Below, piece by piece: positions 28,014-36,969 of a stretch of DNA of 64,000 bases. The notes below the pieces were generated by a model. That model made no database searches. It saw only the letters and a list, made by a program, of their open reading frames with translations, and was not told where the DNA came from. The DNA is taken from NCBI GenBank assembly GCA_037133875.1, contig JBAXNG010000005.1, positions 117,486 through 181,485 of the forward strand, given 5' to 3'. The position numbers and the translations under genes are program-made. The first letter of the stretch is position 1, and every line of letters starts with the position of its first letter. The DNA is from Verrucomicrobiota bacterium. GTDB taxonomy: Bacteria > Verrucomicrobiota > Verrucomicrobiia > Chthoniobacterales > Chthoniobacteraceae.

Positions 28014-29492
28014 TTAACGAGTGGTTTCGTCGAGGACCTGTTCGCGTAAGACGCCGTAGCGTGTGCGGATTCGTTCGGCGGCGGCGTCTACGGCTGATTT
28101 TTCAAGGACGAGAGGTCTGCCGTTACCTATGAATTTTACGACATAGAACTCGGAGACCTGTTGGAAAGCAGCGGCGACGTCTTTGAGAGATTTGATGGGT
28201 GTTCCGTTAATCTCTTCGACGATCCCTTCCTTGAACTCTGTCAGGTAGGTGTTGAGTTGGTCGGGAAGGATGCCTGTTAAAATGACAAGTTCAGGATGTT
28301 CCTGGTAAACCTCTTTGGGAACGAATGATTCGAAGAGGTAGTTGATTCTGGGGTTTTGAAACTGAATGGCACCCAGAAGGTTTCGTGACAGGGGCTGGAA
28401 AATGAGCCCGCCAAACAGGACGTAGGTGGGTTGGACGTCGAACTGGTTGGATTGCATGGTGAACGGCCACGCTTTGTTTAATGGGACGGTGACTTCCATC
28501 GCCTTTTTATCCCTGAATATTCCGAGCTTTACCGAGTCGCCTCGAAATTTGCGTTCAGCGACTTCAGTCATTTGGATACGGTCGGCGTCGAGTTCGACGG
28601 TGCCATCGCTGGCGACGGGAAGTCCATCGATGGAAAGAATCACGTCACCTGCTTTTACATAACCGTGGCATACACCGGCGGAGGCGACGCTCGAAACCAT
28701 CACGCCGAGATCGTCCATAGGAAGTCCGAGCGCCTTTTTCATCGCTGGGTTGAGTGTATTGAAAGTGGTAATGGAAAGATCCATGTACCGATCGTAAACA
28801 CCGTCTTCGATGTCTTTGAGAAAACGCCGGACTACGGGAATCGGGATCATGTAGCCGACGTTTTGTGCGACATCGCCGCTGAAGCCTTGGAACGCGACTC
28901 CGACGACTTTGCCGTTTTGTAAAACCGGGCCACCGCTGTTGCCAGGGTTGATGGCGGCATCGATTTGGATGCTCAGGTGGGAGTCGATGGCGGAATGCGC
29001 GTACGGGCGAAAATCGATACGGGAAACGACGCCGCGAGTGACGGAGAGTTTGTCACCACCGATAGGATAACCGTAAACCGAGACTTCTGATTCGATCTCT
29101 GGGATGCCCCCAAGGTCTAGTGGAACGGTGCCTTTGAAAAAGGTGCTGTCCTTCACTTTGAGGATGGCCAGATCGCAGTCGTGGGCGATGAATTCGACTT
29201 CTGCGATGTACTTTTTGGGATCGTTTTCTTTCTCGAGTGTGAGGAATCGAGCGTTGGATACGACGTGTGCGTTGGTGAGGATGCGTTCTGCTGACACGAC
29301 CCAGCCAGTGCCCGATCCACCTCCAGTGAAGCCTGCTAGCCAAGGCTGGCGGTAGTTGGGATATTCGGCTGTGTTGTTGATTCTCGCGAGGCTCTTTCGT
29401 ACCAGCGCTGGGTTGGCGACAGCGGGTGTGTTTAGGAGCGGGATGAGAAGCAGGGGCAGGAGTCTGCGGAGGTTCATGCGGGTTTCAAACAT
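28014..29492 (-). CDS. Deg/HtrA-family trypsin-like serine protease with PDZ region
   Basis: 492 aa with a signal peptide. Intact triad contexts TNAHVV, HDCDLAILKV and INPGNSGGPV. PDZ-like GYVKAGDVILSIDGLPV. Confidence 0.85.
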   Translation of the reverse strand: MFETRMNLRRLLPLLLIPLLNTPAVANPALVRKSLARINNTAEYPNYRQPWLAGFTGGGSGTGWVVSAERILTNAHVVSNARFLTLEKENDPKKYIAEVEFIAHDCDLAILKVKDSTFFKGTVPLDLGGIPEIESEVSVYGYPIGGDKLSVTRGVVSRIDFRPYAHSAIDSHLSIQIDAAINPGNSGGPVLQNGKVVGVAFQGFSGDVAQNVGYMIPIPVVRRFLKDIEDGVYDRYMDLSITTFNTLNPAMKKALGLPMDDLGVMVSSVASAGVCHGYVKAGDVILSIDGLPVASDGTVELDADRIQMTEVAERKFRGDSVKLGIFRDKKAMEVTVPLNKAWPFTMQSNQFDVQPTYVLFGGLIFQPLSRNLLGAIQFQNPRINYLFESFVPKEVYQEHPELVILTGILPDQLNTYLTEFKEGIVEEINGTPIKSLKDVAAAFQQVSEFYVVKFIGNGRPLVLEKSAVDAAAERIRTRYGVLREQVLDETTR

Positions 29493-29521
29493 GGCGGGCC
29501 TTGTTCAGAGTGCAAATAGGA

Positions 29522-29553
29522 ACCGCTTGCTGAAGTGTTTTCCAGCAAGCGGT
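29522..29553 (-). terminator. Perfect 11-bp hairpin between ychF and the protease pair (terminator or attenuator-like)
   Basis: accgcttgctg (29522-29532) pairs with cagcaagcggt (29543-29553) around a 10-nt loop. On the minus strand it is followed by tcctatttgc, a weak U tract. Confidence 0.4.
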
Positions 29554-29606
29554 AAGATTTCTAAGAAAGCCGAGGCATTGAGTGCTCCAGCCTTGGTGAA
29601 TGAGAA

Positions 29607-30758
29607 TTAAACGTTGAATCGGAAATCCATCACGTCGCCATCCTGAACGACGTACTCTTTTCCTTCGATCCGGAGTTTGCCCGCTTCCCGAGCTTTGGCG
29701 TAGGAACCGAGCGAGACGAGATCGTTGTAAGCAACGGTTTCCGCTGCGATGAAGCCACGCTCAAAGTCGGAGTGAATGACTCCAGCTGCAGCTGGTGCCT
29801 TGTCTCCGGCGTTGATAGTCCAGGCGCGGGTTTCCTGTTCACCCGTGGTGAGGTAGGTGCGTAGACCGAGCAAATAATAGACGCTCCGGATGAGGGAACC
29901 GACGCCACTGCTTTGCACACCGAGACCCTGGAGGTATTCGGTAGCTTCTTCGGCGGGCAGGTCGACGAGCTCACTTTCAATCTGGGCGCTGATCACAACC
30001 GCCTGGGTTGCGAAGTGAGCTGCCGCGTATTGCTGAACCGCGCGGACATGAACAGCGGCTGGAAGCTTCTCTGCTTCGGCGGAAAGGGTTCCACCATTGA
30101 CGAGGTCGGAAACGGCAGCCAGATCACTTTCGGATACGTTGCATGCGAAGATCGTGGGCTTGCCGGTGAGCAAAAAGAACTCCTTCGCGAGACGTTGTTC
30201 GTCGTCTGACAGAGTGGCTGTGATGGCAGGTTTGCCATCGTTTAAGTGGGGGAGAAGTTTTTCGATGAGGGCGGATTCGGCTTTTGCGACTTTGTCGCCC
30301 ATGCGAAGCGCTTTCTGGAGGCGTTCAGCACGTTTGGTAAGAGACGCAATATCTGCAAGAACCAGCTCGGTGTTGATGACTTCGATGTCCCGAACTGGAT
30401 CGACGGACCCGCTGACATGGTGGATGTCGTCGTCTTCGAAACACCGGATGACTTGTACGATGGCGTTTACTTCACGGATGTGGCTTAGGAACTGATTGCC
30501 CAAACCTTCACCAGCGCTTGCGCCTTTGACGAGTCCGGCGATATCGACGAATTCGATCGCGGCGGGGACCAGCTTTTTGGAGCCGGAGAGTTTCGAGAGA
30601 ACCTCCAGACGCGAATCCGGCACGGTGACGATACCGTTATTCGGATCGATGGTGCAGAAAGGATAGTTTGCGGCCTGCGCTTTACGAGTGCGCGTGACTG
30701 CGTTGAAGAGGGTGGATTTCCCAACGTTAGGAAGGCCGACGATGCCAGCGGAAAGCAT
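29607..30758 (-). CDS. ychF: Ribosome-binding ATPase YchF
   Basis: GIVGLPNVGKSTLFNA, FVDIAGLVKGAS, and a TGS/YchF C-terminal domain GFIAAETV...RIEGKEYVVQDGDVMDFRFNV. Confidence 0.95.
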   Translation of the reverse strand: MLSAGIVGLPNVGKSTLFNAVTRTRKAQAANYPFCTIDPNNGIVTVPDSRLEVLSKLSGSKKLVPAAIEFVDIAGLVKGASAGEGLGNQFLSHIREVNAIVQVIRCFEDDDIHHVSGSVDPVRDIEVINTELVLADIASLTKRAERLQKALRMGDKVAKAESALIEKLLPHLNDGKPAITATLSDDEQRLAKEFFLLTGKPTIFACNVSESDLAAVSDLVNGGTLSAEAEKLPAAVHVRAVQQYAAAHFATQAVVISAQIESELVDLPAEEATEYLQGLGVQSSGVGSLIRSVYYLLGLRTYLTTGEQETRAWTINAGDKAPAAAGVIHSDFERGFIAAETVAYNDLVSLGSYAKAREAGKLRIEGKEYVVQDGDVMDFRFNV

Positions 30759-30928
30759 GATGCAGGTGTAAAAAGGTTAAACGTGATCTCCGAATGACTC
30801 GAAGGAGTTCTATTGAGCCCGTCTAACTGTGCGCGCTCAATCCTAAAGCTCAAAAGTGTGTGTGATAGGTGTTGGCGGCTTGAGAATCGAATGAGCCTTA
30901 GCATGATTGGGCCGGCAAAACTATCTCT

Positions 30929-31807
30929 ATGAACGGTCTTAAATCTTTAACAGCAAGCGCCCTTGTGGCTGCTGGGACTCTGGCTAACGCCAACGCGGGC
31001 GACACTCGAGTGTTGATTTGGGACGAGCGTCAGCCGGAGCAAAAGCAGGTTTATGAATCGTCCCTGGGTGAGGCCATTGGACAGTATCTGCTCAAACAAG
31101 GCGGTTTTACTGTGAAGTACGGGACCTTGGAGATGCCCGAATACGGCTTGGATGATGCTACGTTAGACGACACGGATGTCATCATTTGGTGGGGGCACAG
31201 GCAGAATGGTGCAGTTGCAATGGGGCGTGTTGAGGAGGTGGTGAAGCGTGTAGTGGCTGGGCGACTGGGGTTTATTGCGATTCATTCTTCCATTCATGCC
31301 CGTCCCTTTTTGCGACTGATGGAAGAACGTGCGAAACTCGATGCCGTGAAGAGACTCTCGGATGCCGAAAAGGCAGGGATGAGGTTTGAGTTTAAGGAAA
31401 GCCCGCCGAAAGGGATTCCGTTTGAGGCTTCGGTGGAGATCGCGGGGGGAGTTTGTCGCTTGATGCGTCCCAGCGGTTGGATTGGAAGCTGGCGGGCGGA
31501 TGCGGAGCCTGGACACATTTTGACGTTATTGCCCGAGCACCCGATTGCGAAGGGGCTGCCCAAGCGATGGAGTGTTACGAAAACGGAAATGTACAATGAG
31601 CCATTTCATGTTCCAGAGCCGGATGAGGTTGTGTTTGAAGAGACGTGGGAAAAGGGAGAGCGTTTTAGGAGTGGATCCGTGTGGACGGTGGGGGATGGAA
31701 GGGTCTTTTATTTCCGTCCGGGACATGAGACTTATCCCGTTTTTCTGCAGGAGGAGAATTTGAAGGTTATGGAAAACGCTTCTGCTTGGCTGATTGATAA
31801 TCGTTAA
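30929..31807 (+). CDS. ThuA (trehalose-utilisation)-like domain protein, secreted
   Basis: Signal peptide, then RVLIWDERQPEQKQVY, DVIIWWGHRQNGAV, IAIHSS and FYFRPGHETYP. Confidence 0.7.
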   Translation: MNGLKSLTASALVAAGTLANANAGDTRVLIWDERQPEQKQVYESSLGEAIGQYLLKQGGFTVKYGTLEMPEYGLDDATLDDTDVIIWWGHRQNGAVAMGRVEEVVKRVVAGRLGFIAIHSSIHARPFLRLMEERAKLDAVKRLSDAEKAGMRFEFKESPPKGIPFEASVEIAGGVCRLMRPSGWIGSWRADAEPGHILTLLPEHPIAKGLPKRWSVTKTEMYNEPFHVPEPDEVVFEETWEKGERFRSGSVWTVGDGRVFYFRPGHETYPVFLQEENLKVMENASAWLIDNR

Positions 31808-32021
31808 ATGTTGGTTTTAAGCGTTTTGAGGTTTGTTTTGAGGTAAAGCGTCGGGGGGAGTGCAGAAACTCTAGCCAAGAAGCGGGCCAATTAGGTTAGA
31901 GTAGGGGTTGATCGGTGAAGCTTACAGGGGAGACGCGTTTGTGTCCCACACCACCCTAGTGGCGTGGCCGGTCGGAGCGGTGACGTTCCAAAGCAACAAG
32001 TTGTTAAATAAATCATCCCTA

Positions 32022-33737
32022 ATGAGCTCTGATCCCCAAAGTGTTAAGCCGTTGAGTGCCAACGAAGGCATCAAGATCGAATCGAACTTTCTACGCGGCA
32101 CAATCGCTCAGGAATTACTGGATACCACTACCGGTGCTATTTCTGAATCGAACCAGCAACTGACGAAGTTCCACGGCTTGTATTTGCAGGATGATCGCGA
32201 CTTGCGGAATTCATTGAAGAAAGAGGGCAAGGAAAAGGCCTTCTCGTTCATGTTGCGTGTGCGTCTGGCTGGGGGAAAAGCGACGCCGCAGCAATGGCTT
32301 ATGCTGGATAAGCTCGCAGGGGAGGTGTCTGCACCATCCTTGCGCATCACTACGCGTCAAACGTTCCAGTTTCATGGAGTGCTCAAGGCGAACTTGAAAC
32401 CTCTCGTGAAGGGAATGCATCAAGTGTTGCTCGATTCTATTGCGGCTTGCGGTGATGTGAACCGCAACGTTATGGCGCCTCCAAATCCTGAGCGGAGTGC
32501 TGTGCTCGAAGAGGTTTATCAGCACGCCAGAGATTGGAGTGATTACGCACTGCCCAAAACACGTGCGTATCACGAGATTTGGTTGGATGAAGAATTAGTC
32601 GCCGGTGGTGAGCCTGAGTCGGAGCCAATGTACGGAGCGACCTATCTGCCGCGTAAGTTTAAGACGGCTTTTGCAATCCCTCCCTCGAACGACGTGGATA
32701 TTTTCTCCCAGGATTTGGGATTCATTGCGGTCGTCGAAGGCGAGAAATTGGTGGGGTATAATGTGACTGTGGGTGGTGGACTTGGGATGAGTCACGGGAA
32801 TGCTGAGACATTCCCTCGTCTCGCAGATGTGCTCGGCTTCATTCCGAAGGACAAAGTTAACGCCATTGGTGAAGCGGTGTTGACCACGCAGCGCGATCAT
32901 GGAGATCGCACGAACCGGAAGCATTCCCGTCTCAAATACACGATTCAGGACCGTGGTGTGGCCTGGTTTAAGGCTGAGGTAGAGCGCCGCTCGGGAGTGA
33001 CTTTCGGCGAGGCTCGTCCGTTTAAATTTACGACAATCGAAGATCCCCACGGCTGGCACAAATGTGCTGACGGCACCTGGTTCTTTGGTCTGCACATTTT
33101 GAGCGGACGAATCAAAGACGTCCCCGGCTGGCCGATGAAAACGGCGTTGCGCGAGATTGCTGAAGTTCACACCGGCGATTTCCGTCTGACACCGACTCAG
33201 AACGTGACGATCTCTGGAGTTACCGAAGCGCAGAAGCCGGTGATCGAGGCCATTTTAGCGAAACACGGTCTGGCTTCCGAAAATACCCGTTCCCGTCTTC
33301 GTTTGAATGCGATGTCGTGTGTGGCACTTCCCACTTGCGGTTTGTCTCTTGCTGAAAGTGAACGGGCGCTTCCTGACATCTTGGCGAAGTTTGAGGCAGT
33401 TCTCGACGAAGCTGGATTGAGTGAAGACGCAATCAGTCTGCGTGTGACTGGCTGTCCAAACGGATGTGCTCGTCCATACCTTGCTGAGATCGGGTTTGTC
33501 GGTCGTGCCCCAAATAAATACGCGCTGTATATCGGTGCAAGTTATGAGGGAACCCGACTGAATCGTCTCTTCTCGCCAAGCGTGACGGTGGATGATGCAG
33601 TGAAGATGCTCACGCCGATTATTAAGCGTTTCGCCGTGGAGCGGAATGAAGGGGAAGGCTTCGGCGATTTCTGTGATCGCGTGATCCTTCCTGCAGATGC
33701 GACTTACCACAGTGTAGGAACTGTGGCTGCAAGTTAA
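32022..33737 (+). CDS. cysI: Assimilatory sulfite reductase hemoprotein (siroheme/4Fe-4S)
   Basis: ORF 31908-33737, ATG at 32022. ESNFLRGTIAQEL, LTKFHGLYLQDDRD, and cluster cysteines CVALPTCGLSLAESER and TGCPNGCARP. Confidence 0.85.
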   Translation: MSSDPQSVKPLSANEGIKIESNFLRGTIAQELLDTTTGAISESNQQLTKFHGLYLQDDRDLRNSLKKEGKEKAFSFMLRVRLAGGKATPQQWLMLDKLAGEVSAPSLRITTRQTFQFHGVLKANLKPLVKGMHQVLLDSIAACGDVNRNVMAPPNPERSAVLEEVYQHARDWSDYALPKTRAYHEIWLDEELVAGGEPESEPMYGATYLPRKFKTAFAIPPSNDVDIFSQDLGFIAVVEGEKLVGYNVTVGGGLGMSHGNAETFPRLADVLGFIPKDKVNAIGEAVLTTQRDHGDRTNRKHSRLKYTIQDRGVAWFKAEVERRSGVTFGEARPFKFTTIEDPHGWHKCADGTWFFGLHILSGRIKDVPGWPMKTALREIAEVHTGDFRLTPTQNVTISGVTEAQKPVIEAILAKHGLASENTRSRLRLNAMSCVALPTCGLSLAESERALPDILAKFEAVLDEAGLSEDAISLRVTGCPNGCARPYLAEIGFVGRAPNKYALYIGASYEGTRLNRLFSPSVTVDDAVKMLTPIIKRFAVERNEGEGFGDFCDRVILPADATYHSVGTVAAS

Positions 33738-33782
33738 GGAGAGGTAAGTTGCGGGTCTTCCCGCAAATACCGATGTTAGAGA

Positions 33783-33836
33783 AGCCTCGGTTTTCCTCAC
33801 CTCGAAATGGTGCTGGAGAATCGAGGCTCTTTTTTG
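33783..33836 (+). terminator. Rho-independent terminator downstream of cysI
   Basis: agcctcg (33783-33789) pairs with cgaggct (33822-33828), followed by cTTTTTTg. A second small hairpin, ttgcggg/cccgcaa, lies at 33749-33766. Confidence 0.6.
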
Positions 33837-33844
33837 TCTGCGTT

Positions 33845-36433
33845 TTACACCAGGCTGCCGATTCGCAGGAGGCTCAGGCTGACTTCTCCGCTGGCTTTCG
33901 ATGCCACTGTGTCGACGACAAATTCGGCAACCCAATCATTGAGTTCTTCAGGGTCTACGAGGATTTGTTGAATCCGTAATGAGCCGGGTTGATCCCCATT
34001 AATCGTGTAGGTGTGTTGGATATTGCGCGCGGTGGGATCGAGTCGGATCCGTTCGTGTTCTGCGTAGTATGAATCGAGCGTGAGCTTCAATTTTTCGATG
34101 GTCCATGGAGCGCCATCGCTTTGCAGGGCTGAATTCAGGCTCGTGATCGCGCCTTCGTAGTCCTCGTTGATGACGTGGCGCAGGAAAATAAAGATTCGAT
34201 TTCGAATAAGCGCCGTGAACGCCTTTGTGTCTCGTGTGATGTCGGCTGCTGCTTCTTCCGCGCCTGGGGGGCGTGTTTCGGTCGAGTCGCTGGATCGGTT
34301 GTAAGACGGGTCCTTCATGAGTTCCCATTGATCGAGAAGACTCGAGTCCACCTGACGAATCATCGTCGAGAGGTACGTTTCCATTTCGCGAAGTGTGTCA
34401 TTCTTTACGGAGTCCGGAACGGTCTGAGCTAAGACTTTGTGTACACTCGAAATGTGGCGCAGCAGCAGCCCTTCCACACGCTGAAGTTCGTAGACTTTGA
34501 TGTAGTCTGAGAAGGTTCGGTAGTCCTCGAACATCTCGCGAACGATGGATTTTGGGCGGATGTTTTCTTCGCCAACCCACGGATGCTTTTCCGAGAACTG
34601 GTTAAAAGTGGAGTAGATGAAATCGCGGTTGGGTTTGGGGTATTCGAGTTTTTCGAGTTCCTCCATTCGTGCGTTGTAATCGAGGCCCTCCATTTTCATT
34701 TCGGCAAGGGCCTGGCCTTTTACCTTGTCGAGTTGTCTTCGTAGAATGACTTCCGGATTCTCGAGGATCGATTCCACGAGAGTGAGCACGACAAAGGCGT
34801 AGTCGGGAGCTTGTGGATCAATGAGCTGGATTGCGTCGTGCACGTACAGGGACAGTGCCTGGTTCATCGAGAAGTCTTCCTGTAAAGCAACGTTCACTCG
34901 GAGATAGGCGCCTTCTTCAGTTCTTGGAATGATCTCGATGATACTTCGATCCACCAGGGCACGGAATAACTGCCAGGCGCGCTTCGTGTGCGCTTTTTTT
35001 GCTTTGGCGGGTTCGTGACTGTTACGGATTAATTCGCGCATTGCTTTTGCGCCATCTCCACGTCGGCTTAGAACGTTGAGTAACATCCCGTGTGTGACCT
35101 GAAAGTGGCTGGTGAGGCGCTCTGGAGGTGCTGCAATAAGACGGGTGTAAGTCTGTTTATCCCATGCGACGAAATTCCTCTCCGGTGGTTTTCGTTTCAC
35201 GAATTTCTTCCCACCGCTGGCCTGCTTTTGTTCGAGTTGAAGGTTCTCGATGACATGCGCCGGCGCTTGAGCGATCACCCACCCGCAGTCATCGTATCCT
35301 TTGCGTCCGGCGCGGCCGCTGATTTGGTGGAAATCGCGAGCGGTCAGAATGCCGGTCTTTTTCCCGCTGAATTTGCAGAGCTGTGTGAATAGGACACAAC
35401 GGATTGGCACGTTAATCCCGACGCCAAGAGTGTCTGTGCCGCAGATTACCTTGAGAAGGCCTTTTTGAGCCAGTTGCTCGACTAAAATCCGATATTTCGG
35501 GAGTAGCCCGGCGTGGTGTATGCCGATCCCATGGCGCAGCCATTTGCGGACATCGGGGCCATAAGGACTGGTAAATCTGAATCCCGCGATGGCCTCGGCT
35601 AAGGCTGCTTTTTCGTCTTTGGTGCAGACATTGATACTGGTGAAATCCTGGGCGCTCTGCGCGGCTTCCTGTTGCGTGAAATGCACCACGTAGACAGGGC
35701 TTTTTCCGGTCGCAACGAGGCCTTCCAATGTGGCTGCGAGGGGCGACTCCGAGTAGGTAAACTCAAGCGGAACTGGTCGTGTAACCGATTGTACGGTGAC
35801 CGTCGGGCGTTTGTTTAATTGCGTGAGGGCGTTTTCGAAGAAGGCAGTTTCGCCGAGTGTGGCCGACATCAAAAGAAAACGTGTCTGGGGAAGCGTGAGT
35901 AGGGGAACTTGCCAGGCGACACCCCGTTCCTGGTCCGCGTAATAATGGAATTCATCCATGATGACGTCGTCCACACGCGCTTCTGCGCCCTCGCGGAGAG
36001 CCATGTTTGCCAGGATCTCAGCCGTGCAGCACAGAATGGGGGCGTCCCTGTTTACGGTGGCGTCGCCGGTGCTGAGTCCGACGTTTTGGGGGCCGAACTC
36101 GCGACAGAGAGCGAGCCACTTTTCGTTTACCAAGGCCTTGATGGGGCAAGTGTAAACGGAGCGTTTCCCTTGCGCTAAAGACTTAAAATGGAGCGCGGTG
36201 GCGACGAGGGACTTTCCGGATCCCGTGGGCGTATTGAGGATGACGTTTTTTTCGTCGAACAGTTCTAAAATCGCAGTTTCTTGAGCCGGGTAGAGTTGGA
36301 GTTTTCGTTTCTCCAAGCCATCCAAAAAGCTTCCGAGCAAAGTGTCGTTGTCGAGCGCGCCGTCTTTGGGGATCCAGTCACAAAGCGAAGTAGAGGGGAG
36401 GGGCGGCGTTGAGTTTTCAGAAGACACTCGCAA
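33845..36433 (-). CDS. Superfamily-2 DEAD/DEAH-box helicase, Ski2/Lhr-like with DUF3516-type C-terminal region
   Basis: 862 aa. Motif [17 protein letters not shown] box (VIMDEFHYY), SAT (MSATLG) and motif [12 protein letters not shown]. The long C-terminal region is recalled as DUF3516-like. The start is TTG/GTG, as there is no nearby ATG. Confidence 0.8.
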   Translation of the reverse strand: MRVSSENSTPPLPSTSLCDWIPKDGALDNDTLLGSFLDGLEKRKLQLYPAQETAILELFDEKNVILNTPTGSGKSLVATALHFKSLAQGKRSVYTCPIKALVNEKWLALCREFGPQNVGLSTGDATVNRDAPILCCTAEILANMALREGAEARVDDVIMDEFHYYADQERGVAWQVPLLTLPQTRFLLMSATLGETAFFENALTQLNKRPTVTVQSVTRPVPLEFTYSESPLAATLEGLVATGKSPVYVVHFTQQEAAQSAQDFTSINVCTKDEKAALAEAIAGFRFTSPYGPDVRKWLRHGIGIHHAGLLPKYRILVEQLAQKGLLKVICGTDTLGVGINVPIRCVLFTQLCKFSGKKTGILTARDFHQISGRAGRKGYDDCGWVIAQAPAHVIENLQLEQKQASGGKKFVKRKPPERNFVAWDKQTYTRLIAAPPERLTSHFQVTHGMLLNVLSRRGDGAKAMRELIRNSHEPAKAKKAHTKRAWQLFRALVDRSIIEIIPRTEEGAYLRVNVALQEDFSMNQALSLYVHDAIQLIDPQAPDYAFVVLTLVESILENPEVILRRQLDKVKGQALAEMKMEGLDYNARMEELEKLEYPKPNRDFIYSTFNQFSEKHPWVGEENIRPKSIVREMFEDYRTFSDYIKVYELQRVEGLLLRHISSVHKVLAQTVPDSVKNDTLREMETYLSTMIRQVDSSLLDQWELMKDPSYNRSSDSTETRPPGAEEAAADITRDTKAFTALIRNRIFIFLRHVINEDYEGAITSLNSALQSDGAPWTIEKLKLTLDSYYAEHERIRLDPTARNIQHTYTINGDQPGSLRIQQILVDPEELNDWVAEFVVDTVASKASGEVSLSLLRIGSLV

Positions 36434-36488
36434 AGATTGGATGCGAGTAAAAGCCGACGCAACCTCGAGTGCGTATCCGTGAGTGTTT

Positions 36489-36537
36489 TACGGAGGGCTA
36501 CGGAGGGCTACGGAGGGCTACGGAGGGCTACGGAGCG
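36489..36537. repeat. Perfect tandem decamer repeat (TACGGAGGGC) x4 plus a 9-nt final unit (TACGGAGCG; first 7 nt identical)
   Basis: Direct reading: ta cggagggcta cggagggcta cggagggcta cggagggcta cggagcg. It spans the GIY-YIG stop codon (TAG at 36528-36530, minus strand) and the intergenic spacer leading to the helicase. Confidence 0.95.
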
Positions 36538-36824
36538 ACAGTGAGCCACTTTTGGGCGGTGGCATCCGGAGAGGACAGCGACAATTCCTTTGTTTTGCGT
36601 GAAAGTTTTTTGAAAGCCGCCTCTGACTTGAGTGCAGCAGATCGACTTTCGATGGCCCACGATCTCGCGAGGATTACCGGACGCCGCCCTCGAGTGTAGC
36701 GGGCACCGGTACCTGCGTTATGTTGGTCGATTCGGCGAAGGAGGTTGTTGGTAATGCCGCAATAAAGGGAAGCATCCGAGCAACGGAGAACGTAAAGGTA
36801 CCAACCATCGTGAGGGGTGTTCAT
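36528..36824 (-). CDS. GIY-YIG nuclease-family protein (UPF0213/YhbQ-like, 98 aa)
   Basis: WYLYVLRCSDASLYCGITNNLLRRIDQHNAGTGARYTRGRRPV...RSAALKSEAAFKKLSR. Confidence 0.85.
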   Translation of the reverse strand: MNTPHDGWYLYVLRCSDASLYCGITNNLLRRIDQHNAGTGARYTRGRRPVILARSWAIESRSAALKSEAAFKKLSRKTKELSLSSPDATAQKWLTVAP

Positions 36825-36969
36825 GGGTTGATTTTCTCTAATTTTGGTTCAAAAGTTGGATCAGATTGAGTGAATTGGACCATTTGTGGTGCTTCTGACT
36901 CCGAGTGAGGGGAGGATCGTAAACGGTCGGTTGCTCAAGATTGTTTCATTCTAACTTCCTCCCAACATT

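Noticed and set aside
33255-33935. Long antisense or alternative-frame ORFs. Examples: 33255-33935(-), 42250-43062(-), 22864-23526(-), 7603-8178(-), 46022-46645(-), 37027-37659(-), 12760-13293(-), 13598-14140(+), 25901-26452(-), 8717-9373(-)
   Set aside because: Each lies entirely within, or mostly overlaps, a gene on the other strand or frame that has clear family motifs. Their translations are Arg/Pro/Ser-rich and low-complexity, as is typical of shadow ORFs in moderately GC-rich DNA.
36489-36537. Possible CRISPR array
   Set aside because: The unit is only 10 bp and the copies are directly adjacent with no spacers. No cas genes are present. It is a simple tandem repeat.
36528-36824. GIY-YIG gene as a homing endonuclease or mobile intron element
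   Set aside because: It is a 98-aa UPF0213-type stand-alone protein. It has no DNA-binding extension, no interrupted host gene and no flanking target duplication.
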